Virus record (IMG/VR): IMGVR_UViG_3300050821_001592
Location: 20,703-84,702 of that record
DNA from: a virus
Length of the DNA: 64,000 bases
Strand: one strand, 5' to 3'
Of the stretch, positions 8,370 to 17,656 are shown in pieces. Both the position numbers and the translations under genes were made by a program. The notes beneath the pieces were generated by a model that made no database searches, was not told the DNA's origin, and saw only the letters and a list, made by a program, of their open reading frames with translations. The number at the start of each line of letters is the position of its first letter. Within the stretch, counting starts at the first letter, position 1.

Positions 8370-8804
8370 TTATTTCTTCGTCTTGGGTTCTGTCAACTTT
8401 CCTTTTTCCCGTTCGAGTTCTTCGTGAGTCGGGTAGTGGGGTTGGAACCTCGTAGGAGTCTCTGCATCCTCTTCAGGAGTCGCGTCGGCAGATTCTCCGA
8501 GATGGTTCAACGCAACGTAGTTCTCGCGAGTCATGGGGATTTTATATTTCCGCATGATATCCCCGATGGGGTCAAACGGTATGTTTTTATCCAGCACTCG
8601 TCTTGGTTTAATGTTTGCGGGGTTGCCCAGCGCAGCCCTGTCAACTTCCATATCGGGTGTCTGTAATGGGGCCTTGTCGACATTCATCTTCGCCGCAACG
8701 GGGGTAACCGTTTCAGGTGGGTCCGTATCAAGATGCGGTGCGGGGGTGGGCGGATTCGTCTGCTGAAGAATCCTACCCCCGAAATCTACGGGTGCGCCTG
8801 CCAT
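8370..8804 (-). CDS. Hypothetical protein
   Basis: GGAG RBS, ATG 8804, own promoter. Confidence 0.6.
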   Translation of the reverse strand: MAGAPVDFGGRILQQTNPPTPAPHLDTDPPETVTPVAAKMNVDKAPLQTPDMEVDRAALGNPANIKPRRVLDKNIPFDPIGDIMRKYKIPMTRENYVALNHLGESADATPEEDAETPTRFQPHYPTHEELEREKGKLTEPKTKK

Positions 8805-8820
8805 ATTTGTCTCCATTAAT

Positions 8821-8849
8821 ACTGTACCACAAGGCTCAATCGAAGTCAA
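8821..8849 (-). promoter_or_regulatory. Sigma70-type promoter
   Basis: TTGACT-17 nt-TACAGT. Confidence 0.55.
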
Positions 8850-8852
8850 GCT

Positions 8853-11800
8853 CTATTTTTGAGAGGCATTCCACTGACTATCGGTCGTCCAGACGGGTCG
8901 TTTAAATCCGCCCGCTTTCTCGATAATCTGTTTTCGAGCTTCGTCTTTAGTAATCTTGCCTTCGCTCGCTTGTCGCCAGATATCCGCAGCGTCCTTACGG
9001 ATGCTACCTTTTTTGCCCTCACGACTAAACAAGGACCTTATGCCTTCCCAAGTTATGGATTGCATCTCTCTCGGAGAAACGCCGACTTCCTTTGCCGCCT
9101 GCTTATAGGCTTCATCATAGACCGGGTATGAACCACCCAGCCCCGTGCCCGCATGTTTGCCCGCGCCGGGTACACCCGGTGTAGACCCGCCGAAGTTGTG
9201 AGCCACCTCCGTATCTTTCTGGGAGAATGGTTTCCAATGAGCTGCGCCTACGGCGTGCGTATCAATAGTGACGTGCCCCCTGTCGGACCACGGGTTAATG
9301 ATGTTGTTATAGAAGTTCCTAATCTTGTGCCCGTTGCCCATCAAACGATTGATGTTCTCGATTGAACCGTCGTCTAGGAGGTTAACGGCCTTTGCGACAG
9401 CGTCGTATGGGCCCCAAGCAATCTTCTGCGACCCTCGGATTGTTCCGTCGGGGGCATACACTGGAATCTCGGGTGAGCCGTACGCTTGGTCAGCCATGCG
9501 AAGCCAAAGACCGCGCATTACGCTCGTTTCAGCGGGGGTGTCGCCCTGAAGCTCATCATAGGACTTACCACGCACGCTATCAAGGAACCCTCGGAATTCC
9601 GGCTTAGTCGACTTGGCATTACGGATGGCTGAAAGTTTCTCGTCCATCTTTTCATCCCAGATACGACCTCTGTCGTTCTTCCAACGCTCCATCAATCGTT
9701 GCGCCATGCCAACATTATTATCCCAAGGGTTGTTGGGTGACAGCGCAGCGATGACCGCAGCGGCTTGCTCGTGAGCTAGACCATAGTCATTAGCAAACCC
9801 CTTGCTCAAATCGTGTGCCGATTCATACCACTGTTTCGAGATACCGCGTATCGATTCGGGAATAGCGTTGTATAACGCTACGAGATTATCTTTGTAGTGG
9901 GCTACTGCTTTTTTGATAATTGAATTCGCGTGCTCAGCAGGCGTTTCCAATTCTTCGGGGGTGAGTTTTAGACCCGTATCTTTGTAGTTCGCCACCGCTT
10001 GAGCTATGGTCGCCTTCAACTTCGGAGGCGCATCGTTCAATGTTTTCATGCCGGAAGTACGGTCAGGGTTGTTAGTCGTGTCCGCGTTCACGGTTTGCGG
10101 ATTAGACGTCGCAATCTCTTTACTCTTCAAGGCGTCTGTATACTCGGGCGAGACCTTAGTTACGGGTCTCGCTTCCGGCAATGCCGCCGTCTTAAGTTCT
10201 TGAGCACGCTTAGCGATATCTGAGAAGGATGCGGTGTCTCCAAGCTCTGTTCTTGCTTGTTGAAAGAATGCCGTATCCCGAGCTGCGCCTTCGGGAGTAC
10301 CGACGGTTTGCGTCTTTGCCTGAGGCGGTTGAGGCATGTTTGGGTCACGGTTCATTGTTGCCCGAGCGCCCTCTGTTTGGTCAAATGGATTACTAATGGG
10401 TCGACGATTCTTGATAGCGTCTTCCAATTCAGCAGCAGACATCGTGGAACGCGACCCCGCCCGTCGTTCTTCGCCTGTATAAGATTCAGGTACGGCTAGT
10501 GAGTACTGTCCATTCTCTTCCCTTACAGCGTTTGGGAACTCCCGCTGTAGGGCCTGCCACACGCCTGCGGCTTTTGTCGTATTAGACACGTCCGACTCAA
10601 TCGTCTTGACACCCGCCTTCTGAGCTTCCTGAATGAGTTGTTTGTACGCACCAATACCGTAGCCTTTGCCTGTCTCTCCATTCTTAACAACTGCGTCTTT
10701 AACCGTCCATGTACCCGGAATCTGTTCCTCAACCTTGATATGACCGATAGGCTCGTCCCCCCGCATGATTTCCAAGCGGTCGGGCTTACCCTCGGCATCT
10801 GTGACCATGTCGTGGGTGACGGTCGGTTCTGGTTTCGCAACCTCGTCCAACAGAGATGAGGTCTGGGGTTGTGCCTGCGCCTTCACTTCAGCGGCGGCTT
10901 TACCCTGAGCTTGGTTCATAAGGTCTTCGAACTCGCGACCCGCCCCGCCTTCACCAAAAGGTTCACCTACTGTGCCGGGAGGGCCTAGCTCTCCGTGTTC
11001 ACGAGTAACAGCGTCTTTGAGATTAGTAGCCAACTTAGAAAACCATTGCCCCCAAGCTGGATTGAACATGATACGGTCCATCAAAAACTTGGATGCGATG
11101 GTACCTGTCATGCCGAAAGGTACCAAATGGGACGCCGCGACTTCCAGCGCGTATATACCCCAAGCCTTAATACCTTTAGGTGCGCCTTTAATAGGGTCGA
11201 ATAGCTTAGTGACGTTCTGCCAGTTGTCGTATCCTTCCTCACCTAATAGACGTTTGAAAGCTCCGGGGCCTTGCCCGCGACGAATCATCTTGTTATCGAT
11301 GTTAGCTTCGAGTCCGCGTAGAGTGTTTCCGGTTATCGTACCCTTCGCGGTTGCGCCGCGCAGGCCATTAGCTATCTCTTGAAAACGTTGAGAGTCTGCA
11401 TATAATTTCTTTGCCGAATCATACTCAGCGGGGGAGATGACATCGCTATGTTGTTTGAACCAGCTATCAATCGCCTTCTCGGCCTTCGGAATACCTGTTT
11501 TATATGCGTCCTCGCGAATAGCTGCGTCTTGGCTATTACTGTCCGCTTTAGCACGGTCCAATTCAGCCTTCAACTCGCTATACGACTGAGGCTTCTCGGG
11601 AATCGATACGGCGTTAGGGTCGTATACCGCATGGGGCATGGGCTCTTCGCCTTCAGAGAGGTTGGCGTTGTATGCGTCAATATTAGCGTTGTGACGGTCC
11701 AGCAGGTCCTTATGGTCATTCAACGCTTCCTTCACCGTGTGTTGCCACGCCGCGATATCCGCATCGGACGCAACATCAGCTTTTTTATATGTTTTTTGCG

Positions 11801-12950
11801 CGGTCGCTTCTGCGGCTTGCGCGGCCTCGTCATGCGTCTGGAATTTAGACAGAGTTTGGGTGCCTGCAATTTGGTCAGGCGTCGGTCGGCCATCCATGAT
11901 GGCGTTGTGTCGATTAATCTTATCCTCAGCGACTTGACCTATCGTGCTGGTGAGCTGACGTGTAGCAGCGGGGGCGGTCTTCGTTTTCTGAAATTCTTCG
12001 GCTGTTCCGGGGGTGGTCATCAGTCTTGTCGCACCCTTTGTAACGACCGACGGATTCTCCTGTTGGATGGCCGAAATCGGGGCTTCTACGCCCGCTGTTT
12101 TTTGTGTCGTGGGTCGAAGAGTTGTTCGTTCGCCTGCGACCGTACCGGGGGTTTTCGGCATCGGACCCTTGACTGTGGAGTTCAAAGCGTCGAGCTTCAG
12201 TTTATTCCACGTCGCATCTGTCGATGGGGTACGCCCCAGAGTTTCATCAATTGCACCTTTCACGGGATGAGCCGCAGCCATGGCGGCGACTTGAGAAACA
12301 GCCCCGCCGACATCGCCGCTCTCGGCTTTATCAACCAAACTGGCGACAAATGGCCCCGCGATAGGGACATATTCGCCTGCTGTATGGACGTAGGTGTTGA
12401 GAAGATGACCAATCGCCTCTGCACCTTTCGATTTAGTATATGCTTCCGCTTCAGCTAGAGCTTTCTGGCGCTCCTCAGCCGACGGAGCCGTGATGTATTT
12501 ACCGAGGAGAGTGTTCGCCTTGGGGTCGGTCCAAGAAATTTTCTTCTCGTCGGGCATAATAGCGGGCATCTTCGTGGAGATGAGGTCGTGCGCTACCCCG
12601 CCGAGGAATCCCGCCACCCCGTGTCCGAGGTTTCCAATATTATACGCGACGTTTTCATTCGTGAATCCGAGTTGTTTCGGGGGTGCGCTCGTCGGTGCTC
12701 CCCGCTCTGCTTCAGTCTCTTCATCGCCTGTTATACCGTGCCACAAAGCCTTTGCAGTGTTTGTAACGTGATTCTGCACTTCATCGAGATATGATGGCGT
12801 GGCGGTATCAATCGTGTTGACGGGGTTCGCAGTCTTCGGAGCTTCCGCTGCGACTTGGTCAAGCAGTGAGCCCTGATTCGGAGACGCGGGCGCATTCGGT
12901 TGTGGTGCTGGTGCTGGTCCAGCAACTTCGTCTAGTAAACTGCCCGCCAT
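8853..12950 (-). CDS. Large internal virion (ejection) protein with GNAT domain and C-terminal HhH-glycosylase-like (DUF7178-like) domain
   Basis: AGGAGAG RBS at ATG 12950; last of three Ala/Gln/Thr-rich large genes after the tail genes; GNAT motif GKGYGIGAYKQL...AAGVWQAL; C-terminal WYESAH...AAAVIAALSP..PW..N, KIRNFYNNI, VTIDTHA, MQSITWEGIR. Confidence 0.7.
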   Translation of the reverse strand: MAGSLLDEVAGPAPAPQPNAPASPNQGSLLDQVAAEAPKTANPVNTIDTATPSYLDEVQNHVTNTAKALWHGITGDEETEAERGAPTSAPPKQLGFTNENVAYNIGNLGHGVAGFLGGVAHDLISTKMPAIMPDEKKISWTDPKANTLLGKYITAPSAEERQKALAEAEAYTKSKGAEAIGHLLNTYVHTAGEYVPIAGPFVASLVDKAESGDVGGAVSQVAAMAAAHPVKGAIDETLGRTPSTDATWNKLKLDALNSTVKGPMPKTPGTVAGERTTLRPTTQKTAGVEAPISAIQQENPSVVTKGATRLMTTPGTAEEFQKTKTAPAATRQLTSTIGQVAEDKINRHNAIMDGRPTPDQIAGTQTLSKFQTHDEAAQAAEATAQKTYKKADVASDADIAAWQHTVKEALNDHKDLLDRHNANIDAYNANLSEGEEPMPHAVYDPNAVSIPEKPQSYSELKAELDRAKADSNSQDAAIREDAYKTGIPKAEKAIDSWFKQHSDVISPAEYDSAKKLYADSQRFQEIANGLRGATAKGTITGNTLRGLEANIDNKMIRRGQGPGAFKRLLGEEGYDNWQNVTKLFDPIKGAPKGIKAWGIYALEVAASHLVPFGMTGTIASKFLMDRIMFNPAWGQWFSKLATNLKDAVTREHGELGPPGTVGEPFGEGGAGREFEDLMNQAQGKAAAEVKAQAQPQTSSLLDEVAKPEPTVTHDMVTDAEGKPDRLEIMRGDEPIGHIKVEEQIPGTWTVKDAVVKNGETGKGYGIGAYKQLIQEAQKAGVKTIESDVSNTTKAAGVWQALQREFPNAVREENGQYSLAVPESYTGEERRAGSRSTMSAAELEDAIKNRRPISNPFDQTEGARATMNRDPNMPQPPQAKTQTVGTPEGAARDTAFFQQARTELGDTASFSDIAKRAQELKTAALPEARPVTKVSPEYTDALKSKEIATSNPQTVNADTTNNPDRTSGMKTLNDAPPKLKATIAQAVANYKDTGLKLTPEELETPAEHANSIIKKAVAHYKDNLVALYNAIPESIRGISKQWYESAHDLSKGFANDYGLAHEQAAAVIAALSPNNPWDNNVGMAQRLMERWKNDRGRIWDEKMDEKLSAIRNAKSTKPEFRGFLDSVRGKSYDELQGDTPAETSVMRGLWLRMADQAYGSPEIPVYAPDGTIRGSQKIAWGPYDAVAKAVNLLDDGSIENINRLMGNGHKIRNFYNNIINPWSDRGHVTIDTHAVGAAHWKPFSQKDTEVAHNFGGSTPGVPGAGKHAGTGLGGSYPVYDEAYKQAAKEVGVSPREMQSITWEGIRSLFSREGKKGSIRKDAADIWRQASEGKITKDEARKQIIEKAGGFKRPVWTTDSQWNASQK

Positions 12951-12960
12951 AAACTCTCCT

Positions 12961-15387
12961 TTACTGAAGCAACCAACCGTTGTTTTTTGCCAGAGCAACA
13001 GCCGCGTTGCGGTCATTACCTGCTGCTTGATAGTATGCTCGGGCCATGTTCTTATCAGTCATCTGCGTAGCCTGATGGTTGACCCAACCGCGAGGTAACG
13101 GCTGTGTAAATGGCAGAGCCTTAGAGTCGATACCCATACGCTTCAAGGCATTCTGTGCGTCCGTTGACATCAAATGAGGGTAGGTCGTACCCATCGTATT
13201 TACATACGCTTGACCCAACCCCTTCAATCGGACGTCTGCGGTGTCCGCTAATTGGCGAATAACGCTTTTGACTTGTCGAAGAGGGAGTTTGTCACTCAAC
13301 AGGGCGTTCATGTTCGCCACATCTTCCGACTTCGTAGCGTAGCCCGCAGCTAAGAAGTTCTCAATCTCGTGTTTCACAGGTTCGAGAGCGGCGGTATACG
13401 CAGACCAATCTTTATCGTCGGTCAATTGGTTGCCGATTTCCTTCAACGTCATGTTGAGTACGGGGCTGTGCGTCAAGCCAAGTGTCTTTGATTCCAACCG
13501 ACCTTCGGCATCAAGTAATGCAGCCGAGTGCCCAAGATAGTTATCAAACGAGACGAGCTGCTTGCCCGTAGGTGTTTTCTGTCCGCCTGAATAATCCTTG
13601 TACATGTTTGCTTTGGCTTCGAGAGCCGAACCTCCGTACTGAGTCGTATCCAACCCACGGTCAGCGGCTTCGTCGTGAATGGCATTGATAGCGTTTTCGC
13701 GAGCGTTGCCACGCATACTTACAATCTTAGTGACATCGTTGACATCGCCTTCAATTGTATTACTCGCGGTCCTCTTCATTTGTTCGGGGTCGCCGTTGGC
13801 GAGCTTGTTCTTCTCTTGAATGCCTGCACGCATGGCAACAGCCGCGTCGAGACGCGCTGTCAACTTCTCCACTTGCCCTTGCGTCATCAGAATTTGACCA
13901 TCCTTACCAGCGGTCGGTACGTCCGCGAGTAAGTTAGTCTTGTCTGATTCTTCTAGGTCGGGATTTCCCTTAATGCTGTTCACGAGAGCGGAGGTCTGGG
14001 CGGGGTTAGCGGGGGCTTTCTCACCCATGCCGCCTTGCTTCGCTAATGCTTCAGCAGAAGCACGACGATTTGTGACATCGTTGATGTAGTTCTGCACTTT
14101 ATCCCGGTCGGTTCCGAGAGCTTTGAAAATAGCATCCCCGCCATCGGCGGCAAGAAGCCGTTGGAGCTGAGCGGCGGTATCACCACCGTGCGCGGTCGCG
14201 CTCTCGAAATCCAACAAGGCCCGCATAGCGGACGGGTTACCTCTAACCGCAGCGGCCAGACGGCCTTCGACATCGCCGTGAATTCCAAGAGCCTTCAGCC
14301 CTTCATCTTTAGAATCGGATATAGACTGAAGGAGGTCTTCCGCATGGTCCACACTATTAATCTGGTGAGTCACGGCGGCGAAACGCCCGAGATTCAATCG
14401 GACATCACCATTCGTTTGTTCGTACAAATTAGCGAAGCTTGGATTGATTTTCGCAGCCCGGTCAACCGCCTCTTTGTTGAGTTTGATGTCTACGTCGGGA
14501 TTAAGAACCGTCCAAGTCGGAACGGAATGCGTCTTTCCGGTGCTAGGGTCAACTACCGAACGAAGACCATCTTGAACCATTAATTGGCTCGTCATCTTAT
14601 CTTTGAACGGGGACGTCAGAAGTTCTTCCGTGGTCATGCCGGAAGTCAAGCGGGCTTTCGGAGCGTCAGGCGTATTTCGATTGTTATCAAAATCATCCGC
14701 GCTCGCGAGAATCGTCGACTTATTCTGGTCTACGATGCCCTGCCAATTTTTGGTCTGAGTCATTTCCGCTTCTGCGCCTTCTTTTTCGGCAGCGAACTGA
14801 GCTTGTTGCATTGACGCATAGCCGTGCATCGCAGCCGTGTTAGCCGCAACGGCGTTCAACTTTCGCGTCTGCATGTCGTCGTATTGCTTCTGAGCTGATT
14901 GGCTCAGCTCTTTACCTTTTTCAGCTCCGGTGCCAAACGCAGCGATGGTGCTTGACGGGTCGATACGTTGTGCTCCCCCCGGACCTTCGACATATTTATT
15001 AGGCGTCATCATACCCGCCATTACAGACGCCATGAACATCTTTGCCATCGACGGCGTAGTGCGTGCGTCAGTGATTGTTTGTTTACCGTCGGGGGTGGTG
15101 CGAATTACGGGTTGTTGGGGGGTTACGGCTTTCAGGATGTGATTGAACCACTCGCCCTTCGTCTTAGGGGCGGTTGCTACGGGCGAAGGTGTAGCTTCCG
15201 GTGCGGGACTTACCGGGGTGGACGTTGGGGAGGTAGTGGGGGTAGGGACCACGGGCGACAGGTTCGAAGGGTTCGGAGTCACTGTATTCGGAATGGAAGA
15301 GACCGAATCTGGTGCCTGAGTCGGAACGCCAGTACCTAAAGTACTTGAAGGGTCAATCTGTTGTGCTGTCTTTATCGGGTCTGGCAT
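12961..15387 (-). CDS. Internal virion (ejection) protein
   Basis: 808 aa, Pro/Thr-rich N-terminus then helical A/Q/K-rich body; podovirus-like synteny. Confidence 0.6.
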   Translation of the reverse strand: MPDPIKTAQQIDPSSTLGTGVPTQAPDSVSSIPNTVTPNPSNLSPVVPTPTTSPTSTPVSPAPEATPSPVATAPKTKGEWFNHILKAVTPQQPVIRTTPDGKQTITDARTTPSMAKMFMASVMAGMMTPNKYVEGPGGAQRIDPSSTIAAFGTGAEKGKELSQSAQKQYDDMQTRKLNAVAANTAAMHGYASMQQAQFAAEKEGAEAEMTQTKNWQGIVDQNKSTILASADDFDNNRNTPDAPKARLTSGMTTEELLTSPFKDKMTSQLMVQDGLRSVVDPSTGKTHSVPTWTVLNPDVDIKLNKEAVDRAAKINPSFANLYEQTNGDVRLNLGRFAAVTHQINSVDHAEDLLQSISDSKDEGLKALGIHGDVEGRLAAAVRGNPSAMRALLDFESATAHGGDTAAQLQRLLAADGGDAIFKALGTDRDKVQNYINDVTNRRASAEALAKQGGMGEKAPANPAQTSALVNSIKGNPDLEESDKTNLLADVPTAGKDGQILMTQGQVEKLTARLDAAVAMRAGIQEKNKLANGDPEQMKRTASNTIEGDVNDVTKIVSMRGNARENAINAIHDEAADRGLDTTQYGGSALEAKANMYKDYSGGQKTPTGKQLVSFDNYLGHSAALLDAEGRLESKTLGLTHSPVLNMTLKEIGNQLTDDKDWSAYTAALEPVKHEIENFLAAGYATKSEDVANMNALLSDKLPLRQVKSVIRQLADTADVRLKGLGQAYVNTMGTTYPHLMSTDAQNALKRMGIDSKALPFTQPLPRGWVNHQATQMTDKNMARAYYQAAGNDRNAAVALAKNNGWLLQ

Positions 15388-15395
15388 ATCTCTCC

Positions 15396-16166
15396 TTAAT
15401 TACCTTGTGCGATTGCGTCAGGTGACTGTGCAGGGGTGTCATCGCCGCCCCCACCAAAGAGCTTACCGACGGGGGAGTTTTTCACCGCGTCCATGCTGAA
15501 TCCCGAACCGGGTGTCTTGCCATTTCCCCCCGGTGCAAGGGTACTGAGGGGTAACCCCGTAGCCGCCCCGGCTGCGCCTAACGCGCCTTTAACTACCAAG
15601 GGTTGCCACCAATTTTTCGCGGTGTCAATACTCTGTTGGCTTTTTTCAGCCGTCTGTTGTTCTTCAGCAGCGGCTCTGTTCGCTTCATTTGACGTCGCGA
15701 ATACGCCCGGTAATGATTTCTCCTCGCTCACCGCGTTAGTGAAATTCTTTCGACCTGCTTCATAGTCCTGTTGTATACCCTCAGCTTCGGCAGCACTGGC
15801 GTACTGCTCGGCTTTATCGGCAATAGCAGCCGTGTTCACACCTTGGGTCCCTGTATTGCCAACCGACGGACCCCCCGGAACGGACGAACCAATAACGGCT
15901 TTCTCGTCGCGAGCTGCCGCCGCCGCACGTTGGATTACAGAGGTGTTGTAGGCGTTGAACTGAGATTGACTCCAGCCTGCTTGAGATGGGCCTCCTTGGA
16001 CAATCCTCTGGAGGGGCGTCATGAGGTTGTTGAAGGTTGTCGAAGCCGCTATACCCTCAGCCTTGGCTTGCTGCGTCATAGACTGGCTGAATGACTGAAT
16101 CTGATTGTTGAGCGCCATAACTTGCGACGACGGCGCTCCAAAGGCAGCACCCAAAAAACTTCCCAT
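15396..16166 (-). CDS. Internal virion/pilot-like protein
   Basis: MGSFLGAAFG start, A/Q/S-rich, Gly-rich hydrophobic C-terminal segment. Confidence 0.55.
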   Translation of the reverse strand: MGSFLGAAFGAPSSQVMALNNQIQSFSQSMTQQAKAEGIAASTTFNNLMTPLQRIVQGGPSQAGWSQSQFNAYNTSVIQRAAAAARDEKAVIGSSVPGGPSVGNTGTQGVNTAAIADKAEQYASAAEAEGIQQDYEAGRKNFTNAVSEEKSLPGVFATSNEANRAAAEEQQTAEKSQQSIDTAKNWWQPLVVKGALGAAGAATGLPLSTLAPGGNGKTPGSGFSMDAVKNSPVGKLFGGGGDDTPAQSPDAIAQGN

Positions 16167-16179
16167 GATGATTATCCTT

Positions 16180-16656
16180 TTAGAGGAGTTCGGTCTCTAC
16201 GTAAAGAGAGAACTTCATTTGACTCGGTGTATTCGAGGCGTAACTCGCGGTACTTACTGATATAGCAGACGCACTCTGTGCGGATATGAGCGTCGTAGCG
16301 GAGCCCTTCGTAGTTAAAAGATTACCCGTTTGGGACGCGACTAAAGTTAACGTCTGATTAGTCGAATTATCGGCGTCCTTCCACGCGAGTGTAACTGATG
16401 GTAGGGTAGATGACACCGAATCGACGGTCGTAATGATGATGTAGACTGTTACCCGGTATCGAGCGTTATTCGGAACGGATGCCACGAGGTTCGTAACACC
16501 GACGTTCGCACCTTGCCCCGTCAGAGCTAATTCGGTCTGTACGACAGCCGACGAGGGTACGGACGCAGATACATTACCGCTCGCGTCTTCCGCCCATACG
16601 ACATTATTACTGCCCGCAGGGGCGGCTGGCAGTGTTGAATTCAGATTGATAGCCAA
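16180..16656 (-). CDS. Virion structural protein
   Basis: AGGAG RBS, TTG start, S/T/V beta-rich. Confidence 0.55.
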   Translation of the reverse strand: MAINLNSTLPAAPAGSNNVVWAEDASGNVSASVPSSAVVQTELALTGQGANVGVTNLVASVPNNARYRVTVYIIITTVDSVSSTLPSVTLAWKDADNSTNQTLTLVASQTGNLLTTKGSATTLISAQSASAISVSTASYASNTPSQMKFSLYVETELL

Positions 16657-16665
16657 GGTGTTCTC

Positions 16666-16962
16666 CTACGCCCCGTTAACCAAAACAGGTGTTCCTGAAT
16701 TGGTACTCAAAGGCAAGTTGCAAGAAATCTCGTAGTCGTCACTGACGGGCACGCCGTTGACTTGAATACTTGTATCGAGGTCAGTTGGGACGTATTCGGT
16801 TCCACCTATCGCGACGAGCGTTTGTGGGACAGTGAGCGATGGGAGCGTAGCGGAGACCGGAATAGTTTGAATTCCTATGACGACGACCCGCACGGCCCCG
16901 GCTTCGGCACTTAAATCCCCTCGCAAGGGGAAAAGACTGGCTGGATATGCTTGACGGTTCAT
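16666..16962 (-). CDS. Hypothetical virion protein
   Basis: Abuts neighbours in the structural operon. Confidence 0.55.
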   Translation of the reverse strand: MNRQAYPASLFPLRGDLSAEAGAVRVVVIGIQTIPVSATLPSLTVPQTLVAIGGTEYVPTDLDTSIQVNGVPVSDDYEISCNLPLSTNSGTPVLVNGA

Positions 16963-17649
16963 CTAGGTCTCCAAGGGCACAAAGACCAGAGTCACGTTCG
17001 TACCCGCGATAGAGACGCTAGACGGATTCAGAACGGTGACGTAAATCGTGGTAGTCTGTGGGGAAGCTTGGTTCGCTCCACATATATTTTGACTATACCA
17101 GATAAACGGACTCGTGTCAAGTATTACGTCGATAATTATGTTTTGCCCGACTTCGGCAGGAACGGGTGCGTCTGGAGAGCGTGATGCGTCGAGGGCCTGT
17201 GCGGATACACTACCGTACAAGCGAACGTTGCACGGGTTGTTCGACGCGATGGATAAGAGCTGAAACGACTGCGACATCGGCACTGATAGCCGAATGAGCG
17301 AGTTGCTCGCTAAAAATGGTACAGACAGGGTGACCGTCTTAGGATTAATGACCGCCGGGGTGGAACTACTTGAACCGGAGGTTCCCGAACTCGTTGACCC
17401 GCCACTCGTTGTAGATATAACACTGCCCTGAAGTGGCGGAAGCGGCAACATTCGGAATTGTGGGTTTTGTCCTCCGCTCTCATTCTGACGAATTAAGTCC
17501 GCATCGGCATTCGTTGGAGGCAACGGCGTCCGCATCCGAGGGCTGGAGCGGACGGGCGTTGTCGATTCTGCTGCTGGGGAGCTGTCGAGCGGCGTGTATC
17601 CTTCAGGCCAGCCGTTCGACAAGTCTATGAGATTGTCCTTGCGTGGCAT
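16963..17649 (-). CDS. Hypothetical virion protein with Ser/Thr/Gly linker
   Basis: GGAG RBS; STTSGGSTSSGTSGSSSST linker then beta-rich domain. Confidence 0.6.
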   Translation of the reverse strand: MPRKDNLIDLSNGWPEGYTPLDSSPAAESTTPVRSSPRMRTPLPPTNADADLIRQNESGGQNPQFRMLPLPPLQGSVISTTSGGSTSSGTSGSSSSTPAVINPKTVTLSVPFLASNSLIRLSVPMSQSFQLLSIASNNPCNVRLYGSVSAQALDASRSPDAPVPAEVGQNIIIDVILDTSPFIWYSQNICGANQASPQTTTIYVTVLNPSSVSIAGTNVTLVFVPLET

Positions 17650-17656
17650 AAGTCTC

